The notes under the pieces are model-generated. The model was not told where the DNA came from. It saw only the letters and a program-made list of their open reading frames with translations, and did no database searches. Shown one piece after another: positions 48,906 to 59,029 of a DNA stretch of 64,000 nt; positions within the stretch are counted from its first letter, which is position 1; the number at the start of each line of letters is the position of its first letter. The DNA is taken from the NCBI GenBank assembly GCA_015059425.1, contig SVAM01000005.1, positions 13,998 to 77,997 on the forward strand, read 5' to 3'. Source of the stretch: Bacillota bacterium. Its GTDB lineage: Bacteria > Bacillota_I > Bacilli_A > RF39 > UBA660. A program made the translations under genes and the position numbers.

Positions 48906-49562
48906 ATGATAGGTAATGATTGGGATCAAAAATTGAGGGTTATTTGGAGTAGTGAAGGGTTTAAAAAGTTTTACACTATTGTAGAACAAGAATATAAAAA
49001 TAAAACTATATATCCACCTAAAAATAATATATTTGAAGCATTAAAATTAACTAGTTATCAAAATACTAAAGTAGTTATTGTTGGGCAAGATCCTTATCAC
49101 GGTGAAGGAGAAGCTCATGGGTTATCATTTTCAGTACAAAAAGGAGTTAAAGTACCGCCATCTTTACAAAATATATATAAAGAGTTATATGAAGATTTAG
49201 GTATACCTCCTAAAAAAGATGGTGATTTAACAAATTGGGCTAAGAGTGGAGTATTACTTTTAAATGCGGTATTAACTGTAGTAAAAGATACACCAGCTTC
49301 ACATAGGAAGTTGGGTTGGGAAAGATTAACTGATTATATTATAAAAGTATTAAATGAAAAAGATGAACCAGTAGTATTTATACTTTGGGGAAATTTTGCT
49401 AAAGAAAAAGCAAGTTTAATAACTAATCCAAAACATTTAGTATTAATAAGTCCACATCCAAGCCCTTTTTCAGCTAGATATGGGTTCTTTGGGTCTAAAC
49501 CTTTTAGTAAAACAAATGAATTTTTAAAACAAAATGGACTATCAGAAATAGATTGGAGTTAA
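48906..49562 (+). CDS. ung: Uracil-DNA glycosylase (family 1)
   Basis: 'VVIVGQDPYHGEGEAHGLSFSV' is the water-activating loop. 'LLLNAVLTV'. 'HPSPFSA'. Confidence 0.9.
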   Translation: MIGNDWDQKLRVIWSSEGFKKFYTIVEQEYKNKTIYPPKNNIFEALKLTSYQNTKVVIVGQDPYHGEGEAHGLSFSVQKGVKVPPSLQNIYKELYEDLGIPPKKDGDLTNWAKSGVLLLNAVLTVVKDTPASHRKLGWERLTDYIIKVLNEKDEPVVFILWGNFAKEKASLITNPKHLVLISPHPSPFSARYGFFGSKPFSKTNEFLKQNGLSEIDWS

Positions 49563-49573
49563 AAAATAGATGA

Positions 49574-50116
49574 CTATATTTTAAAGTCATCTATTATTTC
49601 ATCATCCATATCTTTTCCATCAAAGAAAAGTTTAATTTTAAAATTATGAATTTTAGCAATAACATTAGTTGGAAAACGTCTAATTATAGCATTTTCTAAA
49701 CTAGTGTTTTTATTATAATAATTTTTAGCAGCAGTTAATTTTTCGTCTAATCTTTTAATATTTTCTAATTCTTTATTTAATTCTTCATCTTTTTCTAGAT
49801 TTAAATCATCACGCATTTTTAATATCAAAGTATAGCCTTCATTTAAACTTCTATCCATATCAAAATTTGTTATTTTCATATCCTTAAGTTTTTCATATTC
49901 TTTAAAATAATTTTTATTAGTTTTCATATGCTTTTTTAAACTATTGCTTATTCTAATTAATGCATCATATTTAATTCTTAAATTCTCATCAATTATATTT
50001 TCTGCTTCTAATACTTTTGTTTTTAAATCATTAAGTTTATTAAAAGCTATTATATAATAAATACCTCCTAAACTTAAAATAATAATTATTATTAATAAAA
50101 TATTTATCCATGTCAT
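49574..50116 (-). CDS. Hypothetical membrane-anchored coiled-coil protein
   Basis: N-terminal TM segment followed by helical Lys/Glu-rich sequence. Confidence 0.4.
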   Translation of the reverse strand: MTWINILLIIIIILSLGGIYYIIAFNKLNDLKTKVLEAENIIDENLRIKYDALIRISNSLKKHMKTNKNYFKEYEKLKDMKITNFDMDRSLNEGYTLILKMRDDLNLEKDEELNKELENIKRLDEKLTAAKNYYNKNTSLENAIIRRFPTNVIAKIHNFKIKLFFDGKDMDDEIIDDFKI

Positions 50117-50248
50117 TATTATCACCTACAATAAAAGTATAACAATTTTTTTAAATTTTTTAAAGATATAAGTTTTATATTAACAAGAGTTTTAAATATT
50201 ATATATTAAAATAACTGATTATTTGATAAAATATTTACAGGTGATAAT

Positions 50249-50749
50249 ATGGAAATTAAAAAATTAGTTTTAGGAGAATTAAGAACAAATTGTTATATCG
50301 TAATCAAAAACGATAAATGTTTAATAATAGATCCTGCAGATGATGCAGAAACAATTAAAGATATTTGTAAAGATTATAAAGTTAAAGGAATATTAGTAAC
50401 ACACCATCATTTTGATCATATTGGTGCTTTAGAACAATTAGAAGAATATTATAATATTAAACATAATAATCATAATAATAGTTTTAACTATGAAGTTATT
50501 AATACGCCAGGACACACTAGTGATTGTATAACATTTTATTTTAAAGAAGAAGGTGTTATGTTTACAGGAGATTTTATTTTTTATCATACATGTGGTAGGT
50601 GTGATCTAAAAACATCAAGTGTAAGTGAAATGTTAAATAGTTTAGAAATGGTTAAAAGTTATGATGATAATATAACTATATATCCAGGTCACGGAAAAGA
50701 AACTACTTTAGGAGAAGAAAAACAGTATTTCTATAGATATTTTGGGTAA
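50249..50749 (+). CDS. MBL-fold hydrolase (glyoxalase II-like)
   Basis: 'ILVTHHHFDHIGA', 'PGHTSD' and 'YPGHG'. Confidence 0.7.
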   Translation: MEIKKLVLGELRTNCYIVIKNDKCLIIDPADDAETIKDICKDYKVKGILVTHHHFDHIGALEQLEEYYNIKHNNHNNSFNYEVINTPGHTSDCITFYFKEEGVMFTGDFIFYHTCGRCDLKTSSVSEMLNSLEMVKSYDDNITIYPGHGKETTLGEEKQYFYRYFG

Positions 50750-50762
50750 AATAAAAACGTTG

Positions 50763-51134
50763 TTAAAACGTTTTTTCTGAATAACCATGACTATAATTTA
50801 TTCTTTCTTCAAATGTTACATAATCTAAATAAATCATACGAAGTAAATACCAATCTCCGGTTTTAGGGTCACTCATAATTAAATGATCACGCCCAGCTTC
50901 TTCAATTATTCCTTCATAAATTTTATCACGCCATTCATTTGAATCGGGGTATGAATAATAAGCCTTAACCACTTTACCTTTATTTAATCTTAATATGTTT
51001 TCAATATAACTTTGTTCCATAGGTAAAGAGACATCTGAATAGTTTATATTACCAGGAGGACTATCCAAACTATTTAAATTATTATTTGTGGGAAACGTAG
51101 GATTCCCAAAAAAATTACCATTCATTAAATTCAC
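50763..51134 (-). CDS. gerQ: Spore coat protein GerQ (YwdL)
   Basis: 'EQSYIENILRLNKGKVVKAYYSYPDSNEWRDKIYEGIIEEAGRDHLIMSDPKTGDWYLLRMIYLDYVTFEE' matches my recollection of the GerQ core. The N-terminus is a Gln/Asn/Pro-rich crosslinking region. Confidence 0.6.
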   Translation of the reverse strand: MNLMNGNFFGNPTFPTNNNLNSLDSPPGNINYSDVSLPMEQSYIENILRLNKGKVVKAYYSYPDSNEWRDKIYEGIIEEAGRDHLIMSDPKTGDWYLLRMIYLDYVTFEERINYSHGYSEKTF

Positions 51135-51222
51135 CTCTAAAAAAATATATGTATATCTTAATGAATTATGTTGACATTTAATAATTTTAAATTTATTATT
51201 TTAATAGAAAGTAGGATATGAT

Positions 51223-52128
51223 ATGGATTTCACAAAAATATTAAAAGAAGCTACAAATAAAAATAAAATTCCAAAATTTTTATTTATGTTAATAGGTGTA
51301 TTTTTATTAGCTTTAAATTATAATTTATTTTTAGTAAGAAATGAATTAGTTATAGGAGGTATGAGTGGTCTCGCCATAGTATTTAATAAATTATTGGGAT
51401 GGAATAATCAAATATTTATTTATATAACTAGTTTTAGCTTATTGTTAGTAAGTTTTAAAATATTTGGAATTAAAGGAACAAGAAATTCAATAATTGGAAG
51501 TTTATTATATCCATTCATGGTAAGTTTTACATCGCCACTAGCAGATTTATTAGCTAAACATTTAGTATTCGAAGATTTTATTACGACTATAACATTAACA
51601 AGTATTTTACATGGTATAGCAGGTGGATTAGTATATAAAATGGGTTATAATACAGGGGGATCTGATATAATTGTAAAAATCTTAATGAAATATCTACATA
51701 TGTCTGACGGTAAAGCAATATTTATTTGTAATTTGATAATTATATTATTTGGAGGTTTAGTTCTGGGAGTATCAAAGGTTATATATGCTGTAATTATTCT
51801 TTATATTTCTAGTTTAATTATAGATAAAATTCAAATAGGTATATCTAAATCAAAAATGTTTATTATTCAAACGAAAGAATCAGAAAAAATTGAAGATGTA
51901 ATAATGAATGAATTAAAGTTAGGGGTAACAGTGTTACAAGCTAAAGGTGGATATACTAATAAAAAACAAAATTTATTAATGTGTGTAGTACCTACTAAAG
52001 ATTATTTAATGTTTAAAGAGATAATCTTAGCGATTGATAAAGACGCATTTTGTATTATTAATGATTGTTATGATACAGAAGGTGGAATGACAAAAAAAAC
52101 CGCTTATGGCTTAGATAGTTTATTTTAA
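51223..52128 (+). CDS. YitT-family membrane protein (DUF161 plus DUF2179)
   Basis: Five TM segments followed by a soluble C-terminal domain 'VLQAKGGYTNKKQNLLMCVV'. Confidence 0.5.
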   Translation: MDFTKILKEATNKNKIPKFLFMLIGVFLLALNYNLFLVRNELVIGGMSGLAIVFNKLLGWNNQIFIYITSFSLLLVSFKIFGIKGTRNSIIGSLLYPFMVSFTSPLADLLAKHLVFEDFITTITLTSILHGIAGGLVYKMGYNTGGSDIIVKILMKYLHMSDGKAIFICNLIIILFGGLVLGVSKVIYAVIILYISSLIIDKIQIGISKSKMFIIQTKESEKIEDVIMNELKLGVTVLQAKGGYTNKKQNLLMCVVPTKDYLMFKEIILAIDKDAFCIINDCYDTEGGMTKKTAYGLDSLF

Positions 52129-52297
52129 AAATGGTATGAATGAATATCATTTTTTTAATTTTAAACAAAGATAGTTCAAGACTTTAAATTATAAACTAAA
52201 AATATTATTAGAAAGCTAAAATATAATAAAAATAAATAATAAATAAAGTTAGAAATTTATAAATAAATTTTGTATAATAGATATGGGAGGTATTAAG

Positions 52298-54475
52298 ATG
52301 TATGCATATTGTATTGTAGAATATCCCATAAAAACTTTGGATAAAACATTTACTTATAAAATTCCTAATGAATTAATTAGTAAATTAAAAGTTGGTATGA
52401 AAGTTTTAGTACCTTTTAATAATAGATTAATACACGGGTTTGTCTTAGAAATTAAAGATAAACATGAAAGTGATTATGAATTAAAAGAAATTATTAGAAT
52501 TGAAGATGAATTTTTAGTTTTAAATAAAGAACTACTAGAATTAGGTAAGTATTTAAGTGAAACAACTTTATGTAATTTAATTACTTCATACCAAACAATG
52601 CTTCCTAGTGCCTTAAAGGTTAAAGAACAAAATGGTAATTATAATAAATATGAAAAATATATTGTTTTAGATAAAGATTTTAAAACTATTCATGAATATA
52701 TAGAAACACATAAAGGAAAAAAAGTAAGTATTTTATGTAGATTATTAGAAGAAAATGAGATTAATAAAAAAGAATTTGATTCAGCATGTATTAGAGAATT
52801 AGAAAAGTTAGGTTTAATAAAAATAGTTAGTAAAAAAATATTTAGAATTAATAAAACAACTAAAGAAGTAGGGAATAAAGTATTAAATAATGAGCAACAA
52901 ATAGCGTTTAATGAAATAAAAAAATCATTTAACAAATTTGAAACTTTTCTTCTTTATGGTGTAACTGGAAGTGGTAAAACTTTAGTATACATAAACTTAA
53001 TAAAAGAGATTATTAAAGATAATAAAACCGCAATATTATTAGTTCCAGAAATAAGCTTAACTGAACAAGTTATAAATATATTTTATGATTATTTTGGTTC
53101 TGATGTAGCCATCCTTCATAGTGGTTTATCTAAAACAGAGAAGTATGATGAATATATAAAAATATTAGAAAAAAAAGTTAAAATTGTAATTGGCACAAGA
53201 AGTGCGATATTTGCACCATTAGAGAATATTGGTATTATTATTGTTGATGAAGAACATAGTGAAACATACAAACAAGATAATAATCCAAGATATCATGCAA
53301 TAGATATAGCGAAAAAAAGATGCGAGTATAATAATTGCCCATTAGTTTTAGGAAGTGCAACACCTTCATTAGAAACAATGGCTAGAGCAAATAAAAAAGT
53401 ATATAAATTACTAACTATGAAAAAGAGAGTTAATAATACACTTCCTGAATGTTTTGTAGTCGATATGACAGAAGAAATCAAAAAACGAAATTTTATAATA
53501 AGTGAAGATTTAGATAAATCAATAAAAGAAACATTAGGCAAAGATGAACAAATAATATTGTTTTTAAATAGAAGAGGTTTTTCAACAGTTATAACCTGTA
53601 GTAATTGTGGTTTTACTTATAAATGTCCACATTGTGAAATCTCAATGACTTATCATAAAAGTTCCAATAATTTAAGATGTCACTATTGTGGGTACACGAA
53701 AATAAAAGATGATATCTGCCCTGATTGCCATGAAAAAGGATTAAATTATATGGGATTAGGTACCGAAAAACTAGAAAGTATTATTAAAGAAAAATATGAA
53801 AATGCTAAAGTTATTAGAATGGATGCAGATACAACTGCTAATAAAGGTATGCATGACAAAATAATTAAATCATTTAGAAATAAAGAATATAATATTTTAA
53901 TTGGTACCCAAATGGTTAGTAAGGGTCTAGATTTTCCAGAATGTACTTTAGTTGGAATAATTAATGCGGATACAACTTTAAATATACCAGACTTTAGAAG
54001 TAGCGAAAGAACATTTTCTTTAATATCTCAAGCAGCAGGTAGAGCAGGGCGTTCCCAAAAGCCTGGTAAAGTAATAATTCAAACATATAATCCAGATAAC
54101 TTAACTATTAAATCTGCCAAAAATCATGATTATGATAATTTTTATAATGAAGAAATGAAGGTTAGAAAAGTATTAAAATATCCGCCATACTATTACTTAG
54201 TTAATATTAAAATTTGTAGTAAAGATTATGAAGTTTCTAGTAAAGAATCAACTAAAGTATTTAATTATTTAAAGAAAAATTTAGATAGTTCAAGCATTAT
54301 TCTGGGGCCATCAACTGCTATGAATTTTAAACTAAAAAATATTTACCGATTTAATATTACAATTAAATACAGATATGATAATCATTTAAAAAGAGTATTA
54401 AAAGAGTTAGACGAAATATATGCACCTAATAAGAATGTTTATTTAGAAATAGATTTAAATCCCCTACAATTGTAG
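52298..54475 (+). CDS. priA: Primosomal protein N' (PriA helicase)
   Basis: Walker A 'GVTGSGKT'. 'VDEEH'. Two Cys4 zinc motifs 'CSNCGF...CPHCE' and 'CHYCG...CPDC'. Motif VI 'AAGRAGR'. Confidence 0.9.
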   Translation: MYAYCIVEYPIKTLDKTFTYKIPNELISKLKVGMKVLVPFNNRLIHGFVLEIKDKHESDYELKEIIRIEDEFLVLNKELLELGKYLSETTLCNLITSYQTMLPSALKVKEQNGNYNKYEKYIVLDKDFKTIHEYIETHKGKKVSILCRLLEENEINKKEFDSACIRELEKLGLIKIVSKKIFRINKTTKEVGNKVLNNEQQIAFNEIKKSFNKFETFLLYGVTGSGKTLVYINLIKEIIKDNKTAILLVPEISLTEQVINIFYDYFGSDVAILHSGLSKTEKYDEYIKILEKKVKIVIGTRSAIFAPLENIGIIIVDEEHSETYKQDNNPRYHAIDIAKKRCEYNNCPLVLGSATPSLETMARANKKVYKLLTMKKRVNNTLPECFVVDMTEEIKKRNFIISEDLDKSIKETLGKDEQIILFLNRRGFSTVITCSNCGFTYKCPHCEISMTYHKSSNNLRCHYCGYTKIKDDICPDCHEKGLNYMGLGTEKLESIIKEKYENAKVIRMDADTTANKGMHDKIIKSFRNKEYNILIGTQMVSKGLDFPECTLVGIINADTTLNIPDFRSSERTFSLISQAAGRAGRSQKPGKVIIQTYNPDNLTIKSAKNHDYDNFYNEEMKVRKVLKYPPYYYLVNIKICSKDYEVSSKESTKVFNYLKKNLDSSSIILGPSTAMNFKLKNIYRFNITIKYRYDNHLKRVLKELDEIYAPNKNVYLEIDLNPLQL

Positions 54476-54484
54476 TGAATAAAA

Positions 54485-54526
54485 AAACTCCTTTTAGCTC
54501 ATAAATGAGTAGAAAGGAGTTTTTAT
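54485..54526 (+). terminator. priA terminator hairpin that also encloses the sigG RBS
   Basis: 'aaactccttt' (54485..54494) pairs with 'aaaggagttt' (54513..54522). Inner 'gctcat...atgagt'. Followed by TTTT and then ATG 54527. Confidence 0.55.
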
Positions 54527-55303
54527 ATGGCAAGATATAAAGTAGATATAACAGGTATTAATACTAATGAGCTTAAAGTATTAACTAGTAGTGAAACAAC
54601 TAAATTATTTGAAAGATACAGAAATGGAGATTTACAAGCTAAAGAGGAACTAATAAATGGCAATTTAAAACTGGTATTAAGTATTTTAAGAAGTTTTAAC
54701 AAAGGTAATTATAATATGGATGATTTATTTCAGGTTGGAGTAATAGGTTTAATAAAAGCAATAGATAATTTTGATTTATCATATAATCTAAAATTATCTA
54801 CATATGCCGTACCTTTAATTCTAGGTGAAATTAAAAGATATATAAGAGATAACACAAGTATTAGAGTAAGTAGAAGTATAAAAGATTTAGCATATGCAAT
54901 AATTTCTTACAAAGAAGCATATTTTAATAAACATGGAGTTGAACCTACAAATGCAGAAATAGCCAAAGAATTAAATGTTGAAGAATATAAAATTTCCTAT
55001 GCCTTAGATTCATTAAAAGAACCAATGAGTATATTTGAGCCTATTTATAATGATGGTGGTGATACAATATATCTTCAAGATCAAATCGCCGATAAAAAAG
55101 ATTTAAATAGTGATAAAGACATGTTAATCTCTTTAAGACGAGCATTAAATAATATAAAAGAAAGAGAAAGAAAAGTGTTGGTAGAAAGGTATATAATTGG
55201 AAAAACTCAAATGGAAATTGCGGAGTCTTTAAATATAAGTCAAGCTCAAGTATCAAGAATAGAAAAAAATGCAATATTAAGTTTAAAAAGAATGATCAAA
55301 TAA
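54527..55303 (+). CDS. sigG: Sporulation sigma factor SigG
   Basis: 'INGNLKLVLSILRSF', 'DDLFQVGVIGLIKAIDNFD', 'STYAVPLILGEIKRYIRDN', 'SIFEPIYNDGGDTIY' and 'GKTQMEIAESLNISQAQVSRIEK'. These match SigG better than SigF. Confidence 0.75.
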   Translation: MARYKVDITGINTNELKVLTSSETTKLFERYRNGDLQAKEELINGNLKLVLSILRSFNKGNYNMDDLFQVGVIGLIKAIDNFDLSYNLKLSTYAVPLILGEIKRYIRDNTSIRVSRSIKDLAYAIISYKEAYFNKHGVEPTNAEIAKELNVEEYKISYALDSLKEPMSIFEPIYNDGGDTIYLQDQIADKKDLNSDKDMLISLRRALNNIKERERKVLVERYIIGKTQMEIAESLNISQAQVSRIEKNAILSLKRMIK

Positions 55304-55349
55304 AAAGCAATAATTTTTGATTATTGCTTATAATTTAATAGGTGATATA

Positions 55350-55574
55350 ATGCGTTTAAGTGATTTACAAACTAAAATGATTATTAATACAAAGGATGGT
55401 AAACATTTAGGTATAATAGTAGATGCCGAGATGAATGAGTTAGGGCAAATAGATTATTTTACAATTATGCCAAAGCATTTTTTTAAAAGAATATTTAAAA
55501 ATGAAATTGAAGTAAATGTTAAAGTAAATAATATTGTTAAGATTGGTGAAGATGTAATATTGGTAGAATTATAA
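55350..55574 (+). CDS. ymxH: YlmC/YmxH-family sporulation protein (PRC-barrel)
   Basis: 'MRLSDLQTKMIINTKDGKHLGII' parallels the YmxH opening 'MRLSELSGKEIVDIKRAERLGVL'. Confidence 0.7.
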   Translation: MRLSDLQTKMIINTKDGKHLGIIVDAEMNELGQIDYFTIMPKHFFKRIFKNEIEVNVKVNNIVKIGEDVILVEL

Positions 55575-55606
55575 TTTTTATGATATACTTTGTATAGGTG
55601 ATTTAA

Positions 55607-56077
55607 ATGAACAAAAAAACATTTATAATTGCAATGATTTTATTAATAGCAGATCAATTAAGTAAAAGTATAGTAGAAATTTATCTCAATTTAAGTGAAA
55701 GTATAAAAGTTATAAATAATTTCTTTTATATAACAGTTGCCCATAATACCGGAGGAGCTTGGAGTATACTAAATAATCATAGTTACATATTTATAATCGC
55801 ATCTATAGTAGCATTAGTATTATTAGTAAAATATATGTTTAGTTTTAAAAAGAATGCAAGAAATACTGTAGCATTTGCATGCCTATGCTCTGGAATAGTT
55901 TCAAATTTAGCTGATAGATTATTTTTAGGATATGTTAGAGACTTTTTAGATTTTAAAATATTTGGTTATGATTACCCGATTTTTAATATCGCAGATATCG
56001 CAATTGTAGTAGGGGTTATTCTACTTATAATAGCAATTATTAAAGGAGAAGATAGAGTTGAAAAAAGTAGTAAGTGA
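55607..56077 (+). CDS. lspA: Lipoprotein signal peptidase II
   Basis: Four TM segments. 'VAHNTGGAWS' and 'FNIADIAIVVG' are the catalytic Asp regions. Confidence 0.8.
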   Translation: MNKKTFIIAMILLIADQLSKSIVEIYLNLSESIKVINNFFYITVAHNTGGAWSILNNHSYIFIIASIVALVLLVKYMFSFKKNARNTVAFACLCSGIVSNLADRLFLGYVRDFLDFKIFGYDYPIFNIADIAIVVGVILLIIAIIKGEDRVEKSSK

Positions 56078-56954
56078 AGAAGAAAATATAAGAATAGATA
56101 AATATTTAAGTGATAATACTGAATATTCAAGAGAATTTATTCAAAAATTAATTAATAATGATTTAGTAAAAGTAAATGGTAATAAAACAAAAGCTAGCTA
56201 CAAAGTTAATATTAATGACGAAATAGAAATTTATGCAGAAGAGTTGCTTGAAGAAAATAATATAGAACCAACAAAAATGGACTTAAATATTGTTTATGAA
56301 GATGATGATGTTATGGTTATTAATAAACCTAGTGGTTTAGTAGTTCATCCCGGAAGTGGAAATTACAATAATACTTTAGTAAATGGTTTAATGTATTATA
56401 CTAATAATCTAAGTGATATAGGTGGAGATGCTAGACCTGGAATAGTACATAGAATAGATAAAGATACTAGTGGTTTATTATTGATTGCTAAATCTAATAA
56501 AGCTCATGAAGTATTATCAGATGACTTTAAAAATAAACGTGTTAAAAGAGAATATATAGCACTTTTAAATGGAGTATTTAAGAGTGGTAGTGCAACTATT
56601 GATGCCCCAATTGGTAGAGATAAAACAAATAGAGAAAAAATGGCAGTAACTGAATTAAATAGTAAACATGCTATAACTCATATGAAAGTATTAAAAAGAT
56701 ATGAAGATTATACATTGGTAAGTTGCGTATTAGAAACGGGAAGAACACATCAAATAAGAGTACATATGGCATATATTGGCTATCCTGTTCATAATGATCC
56801 AGTATATTCAAAAGATAAAGCAACAAGTTTTGGCCAATACTTACACTCATATAAAATGACTTTTACTCATCCAATTACAAAAAAAGAATTAGAGTTTACA
56901 GCCCCTTTACCAGAAGAATTTGAAAGTTTCTTAAATAAGATAGAAATAAACTAG
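56058..56954 (+). CDS. rluD: RluA-family 23S rRNA pseudouridine synthase (RluD/YlyB)
   Basis: S4 domain 'IRIDKYLSD'. Catalytic 'HRIDKDTSGLLLIAK'. Overlaps lspA as in the lspA-rluD operon. Confidence 0.85.
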   Translation: MKKVVSEEENIRIDKYLSDNTEYSREFIQKLINNDLVKVNGNKTKASYKVNINDEIEIYAEELLEENNIEPTKMDLNIVYEDDDVMVINKPSGLVVHPGSGNYNNTLVNGLMYYTNNLSDIGGDARPGIVHRIDKDTSGLLLIAKSNKAHEVLSDDFKNKRVKREYIALLNGVFKSGSATIDAPIGRDKTNREKMAVTELNSKHAITHMKVLKRYEDYTLVSCVLETGRTHQIRVHMAYIGYPVHNDPVYSKDKATSFGQYLHSYKMTFTHPITKKELEFTAPLPEEFESFLNKIEIN

Positions 56955-56996
56955 ACATTTCTATCTTTTTAAATTAGAATTAAGTTGGTGATATAA

Positions 56997-57986
56997 ATGA
57001 ATATTGCAGTGTTTATTCCATTTATTATAGTATTTTTATTAATAATATTTTCTATTTTTAGTAATAGTAAAAATAAAATAAATATTAATTATGAAAAAAT
57101 AAATAATAAAGATATAGAAAAATATAAAAATCTTATTTTAAATAATGAATTATTAGCAAAATATAGAAAAAGTTATAAAAAATGCCAAATTATTGGAGGC
57201 ATTATCTGGATAATTTTTATCCTAGTAGGAATTATCTTATTGGTTACAAAAGGAATTTTTATAATTCATGTATTGGCTATTTTAGGCCTATTTGTTTTTA
57301 TTTTAATACCAAATATAGCTAGTACAAAATATAATAAAGTATATAAGAATGAAATAATTAAAAATTTAATGTTAGCAAATAATATGGAATATTATCCCGA
57401 TCAAGGTATGAGTATAGAAGATTATAGATATGCAAAGTTTGAATATTTTGATAGATATCATAGTAACGATTTAATAAAAGGTAAAGTAAATAATATTGAT
57501 TATATTCTAGCGGATGTTCATACTGAGGATAGATATGAAGATAGTGATGGAGATACTCATTATAGAACCATATTTAGAGGATCTGTTTCAACATTAAAAA
57601 TGCCAAAAAATTTAAATTCATTTATTTATATAGTAAATAATAAATCAGTAGCATTTAGTAAAAAGTATTTGATTAACATAGATAATGAAGAATTTGAAAA
57701 AATATTTGATATCTATAGTGATAATGATGTGCTTGCAATGAGAATACTTACACCTGATGTTACTAATTCAATTTTAGATTTGACAAATGAAACAGGTATT
57801 CATACAGAAATAAAAATATTTAATAATATTATATATTTTAGATTTTATACAGGTGATTTATTTTCACCATCAATTAATGATATAGATAAAGAAGCAACTA
57901 ATATTGCATTTTATTTTAAATTAATTGAAGGAATAAATATAATTATGAAAAATATATTAGATGTAATAGAAGAGGTGGAATTATAA
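56997..57986 (+). CDS. Hypothetical membrane protein (three N-terminal TM segments plus a soluble domain)
   Basis: ORF with ATGA overlap into the following lemA gene. Confidence 0.5.
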   Translation: MNIAVFIPFIIVFLLIIFSIFSNSKNKININYEKINNKDIEKYKNLILNNELLAKYRKSYKKCQIIGGIIWIIFILVGIILLVTKGIFIIHVLAILGLFVFILIPNIASTKYNKVYKNEIIKNLMLANNMEYYPDQGMSIEDYRYAKFEYFDRYHSNDLIKGKVNNIDYILADVHTEDRYEDSDGDTHYRTIFRGSVSTLKMPKNLNSFIYIVNNKSVAFSKKYLINIDNEEFEKIFDIYSDNDVLAMRILTPDVTNSILDLTNETGIHTEIKIFNNIIYFRFYTGDLFSPSINDIDKEATNIAFYFKLIEGINIIMKNILDVIEEVEL

Positions 57987-58513
57987 TGAAATATATAGTT
58001 TTAGGATTATTAGCAATATTATTAATATATATAATTAGTACAATTAATAGTTTTGTATATTTAAAAAAGAGAATTGACAGATCTAAATCTTTAATAGATG
58101 TTTACTTAAAAAAACGTTTTGATTTAATACCAAATTTAGTGGAAACTGTTAAAGGATATACTAAATATGAAAAAAAGACATTAGAAGAAATCACAAAATT
58201 AAGAGAAAATTTTAATGAATTAAAAGATGAAGAATCAGGCAATAAATTGAATGAACACTATAAAAAGATATTAGCAGTCGTAGAAGCTTACCCAGAAATA
58301 AAAGCTAGTGAAAATTTTTTGAATTTACAAAAAAATCTTGAAAAAGTTGAAAGTGAAATAAGTGCTTCTAGAAGAATATATATTAGTGATATAACAAATT
58401 ATAATACAAAAGTTGAAACATTCCCAAATAATATTTTGGCTTCTATATTTAAACACAGAACTATAGAGTTACCTCTATATGAAAGCGAAGAAATAAAAAT
58501 AAATTTTGATTAA
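57986..58513 (+). CDS. lemA: LemA family protein (second copy)
   Basis: '[30 protein letters not shown]...AYPEIKASENF' is close to the 3347 gene. Confidence 0.8.
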   Translation: MKYIVLGLLAILLIYIISTINSFVYLKKRIDRSKSLIDVYLKKRFDLIPNLVETVKGYTKYEKKTLEEITKLRENFNELKDEESGNKLNEHYKKILAVVEAYPEIKASENFLNLQKNLEKVESEISASRRIYISDITNYNTKVETFPNNILASIFKHRTIELPLYESEEIKINFD

Positions 58514-58536
58514 GTACTTTTTAGTACTTTTTTTGT
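58512..58536 (+). terminator. Terminator after lemA-2
   Basis: 'aagtac-ttttta-gtactt' followed by T7. Confidence 0.55.
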
Positions 58537-58662
58537 TTACAAGTAGCCAGAGCATATGCAATAAATAAAAGTAATAAAAAAGTATATAGTTCATATTCAA
58601 ACGAATTAACATTTGATAATTCTAACTAATAGATAGAAATATAAAGTTTCTATCTTTTGTTT

Positions 58663-58968
58663 TTAAAATAAAAGTGATATCAAATATATAAAAATATAAC
58701 TAATTAATATTATATAAATAATAGAAAAAAATTTAAAAATTTTGATTTTCCTATTTAATGAAAATGAGCTTATTAATAAAACTAAACTACTGATTAACGA
58801 ATAACCAATATCTTTAAAGTAATAATAAAAAATAGGTAGTATTATTAAAAATATAAAGTTTAAAATAATTGTAAACAAATTATCTTTATTGATATTATTC
58901 AAATAAATAAAGTAATAACTAACAATTAAAATAAGACAAAAAAATGTTAAACAAAGGGCTAATGTCAA
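58663..58968 (-). CDS. Small hydrophobic protein, doubtful
   Basis: ORF in AT-rich low-complexity sequence. Three hydrophobic stretches. Confidence 0.25.
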   Translation of the reverse strand: MTLALCLTFFCLILIVSYYFIYLNNINKDNLFTIILNFIFLIILPIFYYYFKDIGYSLISSLVLLISSFSLNRKIKIFKFFSIIYIILISYIFIYLISLLF

Positions 58969-59029
58969 TATAACACCTCTTTACTAAATATATGATTTGT
59001 TATAAAATAATAGTACATGAGGTGATTTA

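Noticed and set aside
49574-50116. A third LemA-like gene
   Set aside because: It has only the generic layout of an N-terminal TM plus coiled coil. The diagnostic '[15 protein letters not shown]' block is absent.
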